NCBI GenBank assembly: GCA_937625935.1
Contig: OW569379.1
Location: 1 to 64,000 of the forward strand
Reading direction: 5' to 3'
From: Tetramitus jugosus
Lineage: Eukaryota > Protista > Heterolobosea
DNA: 64,000 bases
Of this stretch, positions 35,595-46,930 are shown in pieces; the stretch's first letter is position 1, and each line of letters starts with the position of its first letter. The notes beneath the pieces are model-generated. The model made no database searches, was not told the origin of the DNA, and saw only the letters and a program-made list of their open reading frames with translations. A program made the translations under genes and the position numbers.

Positions 35595-37424
35595 ATGCAA
35601 GATATGTTCAATCCACCTCCACCTCCACCACCACCACCATCTGCTCAGTACAGTAATCCACCACTACCTCCACCACCTCCACCAGGTCCATTCACAGATC
35701 GCACCAGGTGGCGATCCTCATTCAAATTAGACAAGCCAATCGATAAAGAAGAAGAAGAAAAAGACAGTTCGAGCATTGTGCAAACAGACGATATCATTGC
35801 AATCATGGAGGAATGGACACAAGAAGAAGAAGAATGGAGACGAAAAATAGAGGAGACTCGTGTTGAGAATCCACAGTATTCGTTTGGTACATTGCCAGAG
35901 CACGTTCTCGTCGATATCTTTAATTTTTTGAATCCATATCAGTCGTACAGTGGTGCCATTCGTATTCGAAGATTGGACACATATGGCAATCAAGATGTAG
36001 ACTACAACACAAACCGAGCCAAAAGGAGACAGAAGATTCAGGTGAAGAAGGAAGACGAAAAACAGAAGAATGACCTTGGTCTCGTTTGTAGAAATTGGAG
36101 AGATGCTGCATGCAACGATTTGCTATGGAAGAGTCAAGCCGTTTACTTGCACAAGCTACTCTGCATAAAAATTAAGCGCGGCGAGAATGATATCTTCCAG
36201 GGAAAAACTCCGCGTTCTTTTTTCGTCTACAGTCACACGACTTACCCCGATCGTCCCATTACCCGTGATTGTATCAGTTTGAAGGATTTGGATTTGAGTC
36301 AAATACCTAGAAAGGATTTCAAGGATCATTATTTTGAACTTGTGAAGCAACGTGAGAAATATGTGAATTATCGAGAGAGAAAGGAGAGAAGAGACACGTT
36401 TATAGCCAATGTGTTGAGACGAGCACAGTACTTTTCAGAGCTGTATTTACGTGTGGCTTCATATAGTGTTGTCTATTTCATGCTATTGATGCAGTTGGCC
36501 CTTGTCATTATCCACTGGTTTTTGGACATGGAGGATCACACATATGTCTACTTTTTGTCACCATTGCTGTTTGTGGCCGTGTATTTGACATTTGGTGTGC
36601 CGTTTTTCATTTATTTGTTCCTATCATTGCACAGTCATGAACTGCCCTCGGATGGACTTATCAAGTTGTTGATTGCTGGAGTTGCTGTTCTCTCATGGTT
36701 CGAATGCATGCCATTGGTGCTCATCGTGATGAATCTAGGAATATTGCCCAGATTTCACACACAGTTATATCATGTGGAATCGATACCTTGGCCCGCAGTG
36801 TTCGCACCATGGTTCCTTACTCTATTTGTTCTGGCTGCCGTTGTCATTGCGGCCAATATTATCTCTATTGTATCATCAGTCAGAAGTGGAGCGAGCTCTC
36901 TTTCGGATAAGTTGTTTGGTGAATATGAGAGCAAGACGTTCCGATGGTCAATGCTTGGTGCCTACGCTCTGTTCTCATTTGGCTTGTTCTTTGTACTCCT
37001 GGGATTCGCTCTCGAATTCTACAATCACTTTTTCATTCCATTGGCATTCATTCCAATGCTGCTGATGCAGATGATAGCCCAGGGGCCTCTCGGCCATTGG
37101 TGTTGGATTGAAAAGAAACGGACATACTCCTCAAAGAAGGACAAATTCCTCACCTGGAACATTTTAGTATTCCCTTCGGTGCTCACAATCTGTGAAATTC
37201 CTTGTTGCTTTGCTCAATTCATTGGCCCGTGCTGTTTCATCGGACCCATGATAGTTCTGACACAGGTGTACAACATGGCAAACATTCTCATAACAAGCTC
37301 ATCAAAGCCCTACTCATGTATGAACGATGGAGGCAAAAAGTACACACTCAAAGAGGTTCTACTGTGTGAAGAGAATATGACTGACCAATACCATAATGCC
37401 CGTCAGTATCATTTTGGCCGATAA
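35595..37424 (+). CDS. F-box protein with Pro-rich N-terminus and multi-pass membrane C-terminal domain
   Basis: LPEHVLVDIFNFL...LGLVCRNWRDAACNDLLWK is an F-box with an insertion, followed by about 7-8 hydrophobic helices. Confidence 0.8.
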   Translation: MQDMFNPPPPPPPPPSAQYSNPPLPPPPPPGPFTDRTRWRSSFKLDKPIDKEEEEKDSSSIVQTDDIIAIMEEWTQEEEEWRRKIEETRVENPQYSFGTLPEHVLVDIFNFLNPYQSYSGAIRIRRLDTYGNQDVDYNTNRAKRRQKIQVKKEDEKQKNDLGLVCRNWRDAACNDLLWKSQAVYLHKLLCIKIKRGENDIFQGKTPRSFFVYSHTTYPDRPITRDCISLKDLDLSQIPRKDFKDHYFELVKQREKYVNYRERKERRDTFIANVLRRAQYFSELYLRVASYSVVYFMLLMQLALVIIHWFLDMEDHTYVYFLSPLLFVAVYLTFGVPFFIYLFLSLHSHELPSDGLIKLLIAGVAVLSWFECMPLVLIVMNLGILPRFHTQLYHVESIPWPAVFAPWFLTLFVLAAVVIAANIISIVSSVRSGASSLSDKLFGEYESKTFRWSMLGAYALFSFGLFFVLLGFALEFYNHFFIPLAFIPMLLMQMIAQGPLGHWCWIEKKRTYSSKKDKFLTWNILVFPSVLTICEIPCCFAQFIGPCCFIGPMIVLTQVYNMANILITSSSKPYSCMNDGGKKYTLKEVLLCEENMTDQYHNARQYHFGR

Positions 37425-37479
37425 TTTCTTCCCCGGTGCGAGTTCAGAACACCTTTTGACTTTCTTCGGAGGTCAAATT

Positions 37480-38155
37480 GGACCAAGGTTGCTTGAGTGG
37501 CACAGAAGATAACCAAGTTGTGTGATACACTATGCTGTCCTGTGGATAGATAAGGATGAAGGCGGCGAAAAACGGAAAATATTGCACAACAAAACCTTGC
37601 ATGCTGTCACATCGGTCAAAGAACTGGTTTTTCCTGTTTTCTCGGAATACCACTACTTCATTTATTATACCCAGTGTCTCTTTATGGTAACCAAAATCTC
37701 ATGAGCTGGCCACTAATTCCAGCAACGGGTGGAGTTTGGTGGTTGTTGAACATTGTGTTCTCTCCAGTCGTGTTTCTTTTCATGCTACCCATTATTCTGC
37801 AACGAGCAATTTCCTTGTGATCACCTTGTATTGGTGGACACTGTTAGGGACGGTTGCAGGTATATTAGCCCTGTGGTTTCATCCCATGACAACATGGTGT
37901 GTTCGGTTGGAGAAACACGTGAACTTACTGGGGATAATGTTCTACTTGATCGCTGTATTTCGGCTCTGGTACTGGGAGGTACAGTGCTTGGTTACACTTA
38001 CCATTGTGTTCACAGCTCTGTTTGCTCTCTTTGTCTTCAGACCATGGCCTACTTCTCTGTCGAGTGTCAAGTGCGCAAGATTGGTTCTCGAACACTGCAC
38101 TTTGGGTAATCATTGTTGTGGTGTTACTATCGTTTCCTATGCGGCCATTACTTGA
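37480..38155 (+). pseudogene. Decayed multi-pass membrane gene, possibly a paralog of the upstream F-box/TM gene
   Basis: Broken frames 37522-37704 and 37736-38155 carry TM-like segments, with stops and frameshifts between them. Confidence 0.4.
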
Positions 38156-38278
38156 ATAAACAAAAGCACCGAGAATTGTATTCACCTTGGAACTTCTCAC
38201 ACAGAAGCAGTGGAGTGGAGAAATACCTGACAATCCACAAGTAAGGAAAGAAACAACAAACAAAAAACAACCCCAAAA

Positions 38279-41011
38279 ATGACAAAAATCATCGGAAGGC
38301 ACCCTTGGTTCATCTCACTGATGATGGCAATTGTCTCGTTTCTGCTGCTACTCATGATCCTTCTCATTCCAGGTGCTGCCTCCCAAAATATAACATGTTT
38401 TGACTTTGCTGATACAAGTACCTTTGTCTGTTCGGGTCACGGAAATTGCACATCTTTGGACAAGTGCGATTGTAGCAAGGGATGGACGGGAGCACATTGT
38501 TCCATACCTATTTGTAATGGTTTAGGTGCCGACTTGAGGCAATCTTGTGGAAATTTCACTTGTGTGGCACCTGATACGTGTGAGTGTGTCTCTAGAGCCA
38601 CGTGGGGTCAAGATCAATGCAGAGATTTTGTTTATTCTCCACCGATTCAACCCATATGCATCGATGATGCAAAATCTGGAGATAATCTTGTTGCCTTTCT
38701 CCATACGACAAAGGACATTCCGTTGGAGCATGAACCCAAGTTTGTTTGGGCGAATGGGACGCGAGTTGCATTTGCTTTTAACAATGGATTTCTTAGGTTT
38801 TTCTCAGGTGTTGGTTCAGCGGATTTTACCACGAGAGGATCACTTTTATCTGAATCGATCAATCACTATTCAACTTACAAGGATACGAGATCGAATACCT
38901 TGTTCGGTAGCTTAAAATCTAGCGATCATGTCCAATATGAAGCGTTCGGTATCGATTATTTGTTCACAGGCGGTAGTCTTCCCTTCCTTGGAAGGTATCG
39001 AATGAAGAATGTACAGGATTTTGTTCCTGCACGAATGTTTGACTCGAAACAACTGGCATTTGCCACGCTATCAAACCCGAATATTGCCCAGAATATTCAA
39101 TTTGACACTTGTTCTCCCACGAGTATACCATCTATTCTGCGAGAGAAGAATTCGAAAGTGGTTATGATCGCAGTATTGGAACTGGCGACTAATTTTTGTG
39201 TCAATCGAACATTGTCTTACATTTTGACCGATACTTCGAGCACACATACTGAATCTAATGTGTCAGTGCTTGCATATTCATCTGGAGTCGTGATACGGAG
39301 CTATTTAGATGGTGTGAAGCTGTTACTCAAACGATTTGAATCTTATGAACTCTTCTCATCGGTCGATGGATATGTCACATATGATGATGTCCCAATTGTC
39401 TCGGATGATTATCGTGCACATGTGACCATTGATGAGAGAAACGAGATCATTTTGGTTGGTACTAGTTACTATCCTCTCAAACGATCTGCAACTGTGCCCT
39501 CTCGTCGAGCTATTCCATTTTTCCAGGAATTGAATTGTTCGAACTCATTTGGTCATTCAACAGAACAACAAGTTCGCTCCTTCCATAGTCAAGGTTTCAA
39601 TTATTTCTTTGTGTCCAAAGAATGCAAAAACACAACCGATGGCTCAGAAAGAAACTTGCTTGTTAAATTAGATGGTATTCATGTGGTGTGGAGTTTTGAG
39701 ATTGAACTCCCACTTCCCTTCATTATCCTCCTAGATTTCTATGTGGACAGCATATTTCATCGATATCATTTACTTTTGGGAAGCTCCTTCTCTCAACAGG
39801 CTCTATACTATGTTGTGAAGTCGGACAAGTGTAAGTTTATAGAAGGATCATCAAACAATGGTGATGACAAAGGTATTTCTCGAGAAAAACTTGTGGCAGT
39901 TATCTTCGTATCTGTGCTTTTCATAGGTGGACTACTATTCTTTATTCTTTGTGGCTCATCCTTCCTCTGCTACAAGAAACGAAAGCAGAAAAGAAAGGAT
40001 GATATGTTGCATGCTCGTTTATTGGATTTAGAGCTAACCTCGAGAGGAGATGACGACAGTAATGGTAGCAATCTTTCAACAGCCACCAAAATTGGAATCG
40101 ATGAACTAACCTTCAAGTCAAAGGTTAGTGAAGGAGCTTATGGAGCGGTGTTTCGAGGTACTTGGTACAACCAAGACGTAGCCATTAAGAGATTAAAAGT
40201 AGACGATGAAGATGCATTTGTGAGAGAGGTATCTGTACTCAACTCTCTGAGGCATCCGAACGTACTAATGCTTTATGGATACAGTGTTGATGGAAGAGGA
40301 GACAAGTATATCATAACTGAGTTTGTGGATGGAGGTAATTTGGAAACTGCGCTCACTAGTGGAAAACTTGGATCAATTGCCAGTAAGATCGCAGCATTGC
40401 TCGGTATTGCACAAGGGATGACATTCCTGCATTCAAGAGAGAACAAAATTGTTCACAGAGATCTGAAACCTCAAAACGTGCTCATGAAGAAAGATAGCAC
40501 ATGCAAGTTATGCGATTTCGGGCTGTCGAAAATTGCAGATGAATCCTTGACCGTTGGTGTGAGCTTTGGTACTTTGCAATACATGTGTCCAGAATTGTTG
40601 CAACAAGATATCTACGACGAAAAGTGTGATGTATACAGCTTTGGAATAATGATGCATGAGGTGTTTACTCTTCAAAGACCATATATGTCCACCTCAAAAT
40701 CTGGTACGCATCAAAATCAGTTCACTATCGGTCTGAAAGTCATTCAAGGACTTCGTCCCACAATTCCTGAAACAGTGACTCAATTCGATCCGGAGCATCC
40801 CCAGAATTGTGAACAAATTAGTGAATATTTCCTTCAGAGTAATGAAGTCGGATCTCTGAAGCTCTCTCACAATCAAATTGCGAGTATTGTCAGTCAATAC
40901 TTTTCGCTTTGTGTTGCTTGTTGGTCTCACAATGCACAAGATCGACCAAGTTTTGATGAGGTTGTCCATCGACTCATGTCCATCCAGCAATGTTTCGAAA
41001 AAACTCAATAG
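38279..41011 (+). CDS. Receptor TKL kinase with EGF-like repeats, large ectodomain, TM and kinase domain (intronless)
   Basis: Signal peptide, CSGHGNC...GWTGAHC EGF motifs, TM, then GAYGAVFRG, VAIK, HRDLKPQN, DFG and DVYSFG. Confidence 0.93.
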   Translation: MTKIIGRHPWFISLMMAIVSFLLLLMILLIPGAASQNITCFDFADTSTFVCSGHGNCTSLDKCDCSKGWTGAHCSIPICNGLGADLRQSCGNFTCVAPDTCECVSRATWGQDQCRDFVYSPPIQPICIDDAKSGDNLVAFLHTTKDIPLEHEPKFVWANGTRVAFAFNNGFLRFFSGVGSADFTTRGSLLSESINHYSTYKDTRSNTLFGSLKSSDHVQYEAFGIDYLFTGGSLPFLGRYRMKNVQDFVPARMFDSKQLAFATLSNPNIAQNIQFDTCSPTSIPSILREKNSKVVMIAVLELATNFCVNRTLSYILTDTSSTHTESNVSVLAYSSGVVIRSYLDGVKLLLKRFESYELFSSVDGYVTYDDVPIVSDDYRAHVTIDERNEIILVGTSYYPLKRSATVPSRRAIPFFQELNCSNSFGHSTEQQVRSFHSQGFNYFFVSKECKNTTDGSERNLLVKLDGIHVVWSFEIELPLPFIILLDFYVDSIFHRYHLLLGSSFSQQALYYVVKSDKCKFIEGSSNNGDDKGISREKLVAVIFVSVLFIGGLLFFILCGSSFLCYKKRKQKRKDDMLHARLLDLELTSRGDDDSNGSNLSTATKIGIDELTFKSKVSEGAYGAVFRGTWYNQDVAIKRLKVDDEDAFVREVSVLNSLRHPNVLMLYGYSVDGRGDKYIITEFVDGGNLETALTSGKLGSIASKIAALLGIAQGMTFLHSRENKIVHRDLKPQNVLMKKDSTCKLCDFGLSKIADESLTVGVSFGTLQYMCPELLQQDIYDEKCDVYSFGIMMHEVFTLQRPYMSTSKSGTHQNQFTIGLKVIQGLRPTIPETVTQFDPEHPQNCEQISEYFLQSNEVGSLKLSHNQIASIVSQYFSLCVACWSHNAQDRPSFDEVVHRLMSIQQCFEKTQ

Positions 41012-41095
41012 GTAGGCTTCTTACTTTGACGATCGAATCCACCTTTATTAACAGTAGCGAGTGGAAAAGCAGCAGACAACTAAAACTCATGCAAC

Positions 41096-42380
41096 TCACA
41101 AACGTGCTCTTGGGTGTTTGGACTCTTGTGTCTGCTCGCGCATAAACGATTCTAACAGATCACTTACTTCAAATGCAACTCCCTTAAAATGGTATTCATC
41201 ACGTGTTAGACAAGAACAACTAAAGATTGAAAATTGGTACAATGATGTCACATACCCAACTCAGTGTCACGCCAGCACCTCCAAATCCATAACAGTGGAT
41301 CACTGGACGTTGCTTTTCACCTTCATAAGCAAGCTCCAGTCTTACACCACCCTTTCGGAACGGTCTCCATGCTGTTATGTGACCCACAATTTTTGCTGTT
41401 GATAAGATATTGGCATGAGGCACCAATTGATCGCAATTCGCTAAGATATTACCTGCAATCTGTACACAGAGCTCTGCCTTTGGTGCTTTCATTTCTTCAT
41501 CAGACAAAACGATCGAGCAACCACCACAAATATAAATATTGTTTCTTCTTGGTAGAATATAGGTTGGTTGACACCCAGCTTTTGGCTCCGCAGCATCATA
41601 ATATCGGCCCTTGAGTGCATCTGCACCAAAAACACCTGGCTTATTCGTAGGCAATTGTATTAACACCAACTGGCCTCGATCAGCAACTACTTGATGATCA
41701 TTGAACAATTGTCTTGATCCAAAACCAGTACAATTTACAATGACATCAAACTTTTGGTTCATCAATGTTTCATAGTGCGAAACCTGATCAATGTGAGTAA
41801 TCTTTCTCTGTATGATTCCTCTTCCACCAGACTCAAAGAATCGTCTCTCCAAATAGGTCAAATAGAGCGGCATATCAATCATTGGTAAGTTCAACTCATA
41901 GACACTACTAAACTCCTTGCGAATGTAATCTGTTGGGAACAGCATTCCATCATCACCAGTCTTATGATTCACTCTCTTGTATTTGAACAATTGTTCATTT
42001 CCGTGAAGCCAACTCGGTTTTTCATGCTTCTCACGCTCATACACATATCCATCGCAACGATACACACCAGTCTCCGTAGGTTGATTCTTGGCGCCAAAAT
42101 ATTTCGAAGCAGCAATTTGATCAAAAATGGGAACGGATTGCATGGCCCAACGATCACACTTGTCTTGAGGTTCTACGTGATAGGGACCCCAAATGGCACC
42201 TGCAACGACACTTGTAGTGTTCAATGGAAGGTCCTCTGTCCATATCCATACATTCTTCTTCTTGCTATTCTTGTTCTTGAGATTGGACTCGAGAATAGAG
42301 ATGGCACAAGTGAGACCAATGACTCCAGATCCTAGCACGAGGATATTGTTGCTTTCAGTAGCGTTGTTCTGGCTATGCAT
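41096..42380 (-). CDS. DAO: D-amino acid oxidase with PTS1 (-ARL). 2 exons, intron 41183-41255
   Basis: VLGSGVIGL FAD-binding motif, VNCTGFG, RGQ, RP and HCYGFGGAGVTLSW. The splice adds GVAFEVSDLL...HPRARL*. Confidence 0.92.
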
Positions 42381-42482
42381 TGTGCTTTCGCGTTTTTGTG
42401 CTTTGAATGTTTCCGTGTGAACTTTTTTTTCGATTGAATTACTCCTATTGTGACATGAATTTGTAAACAATGGTTGTCTTTA

Positions 42483-43664
42483 CTATTGAAGGATACATTG
42501 TTGATTGTTCTTGGTGTTATCTGTAGTTGAATTGCTGTGGGGTGACGCTCCTGTTTGTTCATTCGGTGTGCTGTCATCCTGCTGTGGTAGAGGATTAACT
42601 TCCTGGAGAATCTGCCTCACATCGTCAGATAGTTTGAGTCGAGATTCTGGAATGGAGCAAGGTTCTTTAACATAGCGGAACTCATAATCTGATTGTCCTC
42701 GCAGGATCATTTCATCCTTTTTGTCATCCCATCGAAACAGGGCTGAGGCAGTTTTCTGAGAGAAGGGATTAATCTCGATCACATAAGATCGAACTGGACG
42801 AATAGGAGTGTTGGTGTTGTTGGGTTCTAACTCGTGTGAGCTATTATTCTCATCAACCTCAACTAAAACATCAAGAGCGTGATCTTCGTGTATAATCTCT
42901 GACACTTGCTTACTCAGCTCGAGTATGCTCTGTTCAATCTGGGACTTGTACCGATGTATAATATCTCCAAAGTAACACGACTTGAAGTATTGCGTAATAG
43001 CAGTTACTCTTTGATTCGATACAAATACTCTGAACTCCAGTTCTGGTCTTGGAGTCTTATGAAACAATCGAACAATAATCTTTTGATCTGGCATTAACTG
43101 ATCTGCGAATTCCTTTTTCTTCAATCCCTCATCCATCATTAACAATGACCGAAACAAGTCATAGTACGCTCTCTGAGAGTTCATAACGAGAGAAAGTGCC
43201 TCTGAAGCATTCGTCACTTGCATGGATCGATTCAACGCTCTGATCACTGCCATTGGCTCCTGCTCGCTGCCTAATTCTTCAATTAACTCCTTAATTAACA
43301 ACTTAAATCTTTCTGTTTTGACGCAAGAGTCCTTTGGAGATCTCGTAGACAACCGAACAAAGAAACTGGGTGATTCTTGATCCAAGTCGTTTTGATTCCA
43401 CTCTTGAGAATCCATTAGCGCTTGAATACTGTTCTGTAAATCAGAGATTAGCCTCTGATCACTCTCAGTATAAATCTTTGATATGTCAGACACTTGATTT
43501 GCATGCTTCTTTGTTGCTTCATAGTAATTCTTGATCGCTGTTGCTTGACCAATACTTAAATCGACAAATTGAGTCGGGAATGTGAGATGCTCAATCTCGT
43601 GATACCAATCCTCAACTCTAAACTCTCCGAACGTTTCCTTGCCTTTGTGGGTCGATGATGACAT
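42483..43664 (-). CDS. Cdc123/D123-like (R2K clade) ATP-grasp protein with C-terminal CaaX box (CILQ)
   Basis: FVRLSTRSPKDS, EFRVFV...TAITQY, VIEINPF and LFRW motifs. Confidence 0.85.
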   Translation of the reverse strand: MSSSTHKGKETFGEFRVEDWYHEIEHLTFPTQFVDLSIGQATAIKNYYEATKKHANQVSDISKIYTESDQRLISDLQNSIQALMDSQEWNQNDLDQESPSFFVRLSTRSPKDSCVKTERFKLLIKELIEELGSEQEPMAVIRALNRSMQVTNASEALSLVMNSQRAYYDLFRSLLMMDEGLKKKEFADQLMPDQKIIVRLFHKTPRPELEFRVFVSNQRVTAITQYFKSCYFGDIIHRYKSQIEQSILELSKQVSEIIHEDHALDVLVEVDENNSSHELEPNNTNTPIRPVRSYVIEINPFSQKTASALFRWDDKKDEMILRGQSDYEFRYVKEPCSIPESRLKLSDDVRQILQEVNPLPQQDDSTPNEQTGASPHSNSTTDNTKNNQQCILQ

Positions 43665-43980
43665 TTGTGTTTTCTTACGGGATGAATTAGCTCAAAATGC
43701 ACAGCACACCAGATGTTGTTTGTTTCGTATTTTCAGTGGTGGTCTGTTCTCGTGTACTTCTAGGATTGTTCCGCTGCCACTTTTTTTGGTGGAGCGGCAC
43801 TTCAGATTTTTCTTGACGCTTGGGTATACGAACGTCAAGTGTAATCGTTATCCCGACTGCTGTGGTGACGTCAACTTGGCCTCCAACACAAAACAACGTT
43901 GTTCAAGTTGATTGGTTCAAAACACACCATCAACATTCACCAAATTATTTATTGACTATTCCATACCTCCAAGCGAGAAA

Positions 43981-45561
43981 ATGACCTCTCAAATTTTGTT
44001 CGCCAATAACCACAAAAGGTGTCTCTTCCTTGTCTCCACTGTATTACTCCTACTGTCGTCAATCTTGTTTTTCGTTTCTGCTGCTCAACCAACAGCAGCA
44101 ACGGCTCAACGAACTAGACTCCCACTCGATGCAAACAAAAGAGAGCTAATGAATCGTTTCTTTAGCTCAAAGCAAGAACTAAAAGATGCAAGTCAAATCC
44201 TAGCTGGTGCTTCCAAGATTAATGCCACAATGCCTATTGGTACTCCACTCGCTGGTTTTAATCATGGTAAGAGAAGAGTTCCAAGGTGGCCTCTTCCTCA
44301 TTTTGGTCCCTATACTACGTTTATGATGCCATCTGTTGGTTTCAGAATGCCCATGTATGCCAAGTGTCTATCCTTGTTGGATGTCAAGAGCTCTGTGCCT
44401 TTGTTAGTTGTTGCGATTGATGCTGTGGGATCGGATGGAACTTTGCTAAAGTTGGCCTATGATAAAGCAGTGTCCAAATCAAAGAAGAATGGACAAGCTT
44501 TTACTGTGCCATTGGACAATGTGATTATGGGTGCTTCTCATTCTCACTCGGGACCAGGTGCCATCACACCAGATTTGTTGTGGGCGTTGGCTCCAGCGAC
44601 TGATCTCCTTGTTCCGCAACTACAGGATCAAATGGCCAATTTTATTGCAGATTGCATGGTTGAGTCCTTTTCGACCATGAAACCAGCTCTCGTCGGTGTT
44701 GGAACAAGTGATTTGAAGACGGTGACAGACAATAGAAGAGCCAAGATTTCTCCCTATGTGACTCCAAAGACAATTGATCCTCAGTTGGGTATCATTAGAG
44801 TGGATGATGCAGTGAGTGGTGCACCTATTGCTACACTGTGGAACTTTGCCATCCATGGTATTTGCTACGGACCAGACAATATGGAGTTTAGTGGTGATAT
44901 TATGGGTCGTGCCAATCAATTGATTGAAGAAAAGATTCCAGGATCAGTCTCTCTGTTCATTAATGCAGATGCAGGTGATATTGACCCTACTGGAGATGCT
45001 TGTCATGGTGCTCCTGATTTCTATGGAAGTCACGTGATTGCAGACGCTGTGCAAATGACGAGAAGTCAAGTGAAAACATCGAATAATATGGATTTGACAG
45101 TGTACTCTGAGGTCATGGAGTTTGGAAAGACGAATTTGAATCTAACATTTGCTAGAGCTGCCAACTGTACTCATGGTGGATTCCTCCAGATCTGCACAAT
45201 TTGCAACTACATGAACTGTGACGCCAATTTGCACTTGGACAGCAAGTGGATTGACAATACACCTCGATTCACCGGTGTACGAATGAACATTGGTGGACAG
45301 AATATTGTGATTGTCACCAGTCCTGGAGAGAGTTTGGTTCAATTGGGCAATCAAGTGAGAGAAGACGCAAAGAAATTGGGATCAGATTTGACTTTGCTTT
45401 TCGGATATTCCAACACTCACATGGGTTACTTTGCTACACCCAATGAATATGAGATTGGAGGTTATGAGAGTCTCTTAACTCTGTGGGGAGAATTCACAGC
45501 CAACAAGATTCGAGAATCTTCGTACAAGGTCATGCAGAAGGTTACCTCCGTTGGAAAATAA
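43981..45561 (+). CDS. Neutral/alkaline ceramidase-family hydrolase, secreted or lysosomal
   Basis: Signal peptide, ASHSHSGPG, NFAIHG, SGD, AGDIDP, PGE, GYSNTHMGY and GGYE motifs. Confidence 0.88.
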   Translation: MTSQILFANNHKRCLFLVSTVLLLLSSILFFVSAAQPTAATAQRTRLPLDANKRELMNRFFSSKQELKDASQILAGASKINATMPIGTPLAGFNHGKRRVPRWPLPHFGPYTTFMMPSVGFRMPMYAKCLSLLDVKSSVPLLVVAIDAVGSDGTLLKLAYDKAVSKSKKNGQAFTVPLDNVIMGASHSHSGPGAITPDLLWALAPATDLLVPQLQDQMANFIADCMVESFSTMKPALVGVGTSDLKTVTDNRRAKISPYVTPKTIDPQLGIIRVDDAVSGAPIATLWNFAIHGICYGPDNMEFSGDIMGRANQLIEEKIPGSVSLFINADAGDIDPTGDACHGAPDFYGSHVIADAVQMTRSQVKTSNNMDLTVYSEVMEFGKTNLNLTFARAANCTHGGFLQICTICNYMNCDANLHLDSKWIDNTPRFTGVRMNIGGQNIVIVTSPGESLVQLGNQVREDAKKLGSDLTLLFGYSNTHMGYFATPNEYEIGGYESLLTLWGEFTANKIRESSYKVMQKVTSVGK

Positions 45562-45609
45562 ACAATCCTGACCAAAGTGAACTCAACCTAAGATAGCAAC
45601 ACAATGTTA

Positions 45610-46930
45610 ATACAACAAAAACTTCTCATTGTTTATTAGTCTCTCGAATGCGCTACAAATGCAATGTTCTTCCACTGGTCGATATATACTTACTAGTCCT
45701 TCTGATAACTTTGATACCTCCTCAATGCAAAAGGACTTCCTTTGAATCCTCTTACTTTTTAAAGTAATTCTCCAGAATCGCTCCAATATCATTCTTTTGT
45801 TCTGTGTTCTCATGGAAAAGAGTCAAGCCATCGACAAAAACTACAATGTAAGCTCCCTGAATTTGAGTCTGAAAGAAATAAGAGACAAACTTATCCATGT
45901 CCATAACAAGGTTGGTCCAAATTCTAACAATTGTTCTCTCGTTTCCGTCATCAGCTGGATGGACAAAAGAAGAAAGAAAGATGCTCTACGAGTGATAGAC
46001 GACATTACTGGAGAACTACAGAAGAACTTGGATAAGTTTGATAAGGAGGTGAAAATCCTATGTGATTCGATTCATTTTCTGTTGAAGAACAACAAAACTC
46101 CTCCCAAGAATATCCTTACAGATGATCTTGTCTCCACCGAGTTTGTATTCCAACTCCTCCAAAGTATTCAGTCAGTGGTGTACTTTGATAAACATGGTAA
46201 GACTTCGGTGTTTCATGATCATTGTAATCTAGTATGCCTAGCCTTGAAGTACTCCTCAGAGGAACTGGCAACACTCGTGAAAACTGCTGTGCCAGATCTT
46301 CCTCGAGAAAAAGCTGATATGCAACTAATGAAGAGATTCAGACATATCTTTTATCTCTCTACTCGGGGAACTACTTTAAAAGCCTCAGCTATCATTGACA
46401 TCATCAAGCCTCAGCTATCTGGTCAGGAGAAAGAAGAAAGAGAAGTCGAAATTGTGGAAAGGATCTGTAAGTTCATCAAAGGAGAGAAGGTTGACCGTTT
46501 CCAGAGATATTGAAGACTCCTTGAATATTAAGCTGAAGCTATGGGAGTTCCAGTATTTCCAAGTGTTCAACACTTTGAAGGATAGCCTTAAGATTCGACC
46601 ACAGGACAAGAAACACACACCATGCAACTCCGTATTCTCTGTTCAGGAAAGAAAGGACCGAATTCATCAAACCCTGGTGGATTTCCCGCTCCTTCTCAAG
46701 TTTCCTGACGCCTTCTCCCACGTAAACAATGGCAAATTGTTCAACTATTACCCCAGAGAAATCCAGTTTATGGGCCACCGTATGAACAAACAATGAACCA
46801 ATTGTTTGAGAAATATGGCCTAGGTGACAGATCTCTCTTTTTGAAATCCTTGAAAGAATGGAAGAGACCAGAACCAGTGATCAGTCCATCTGAAGGGACT
46901 GAAGCGTGTCTCGATGCCCAGAACTAAAGC
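45610..46930 (+). pseudogene. Multiply frameshifted orphan ORF relic
   Basis: Protein-like frames 45797-46513, then about 46500-46796, then about 46785-46927, linked by apparent frameshifts. No recognisable domain. Confidence 0.5.
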
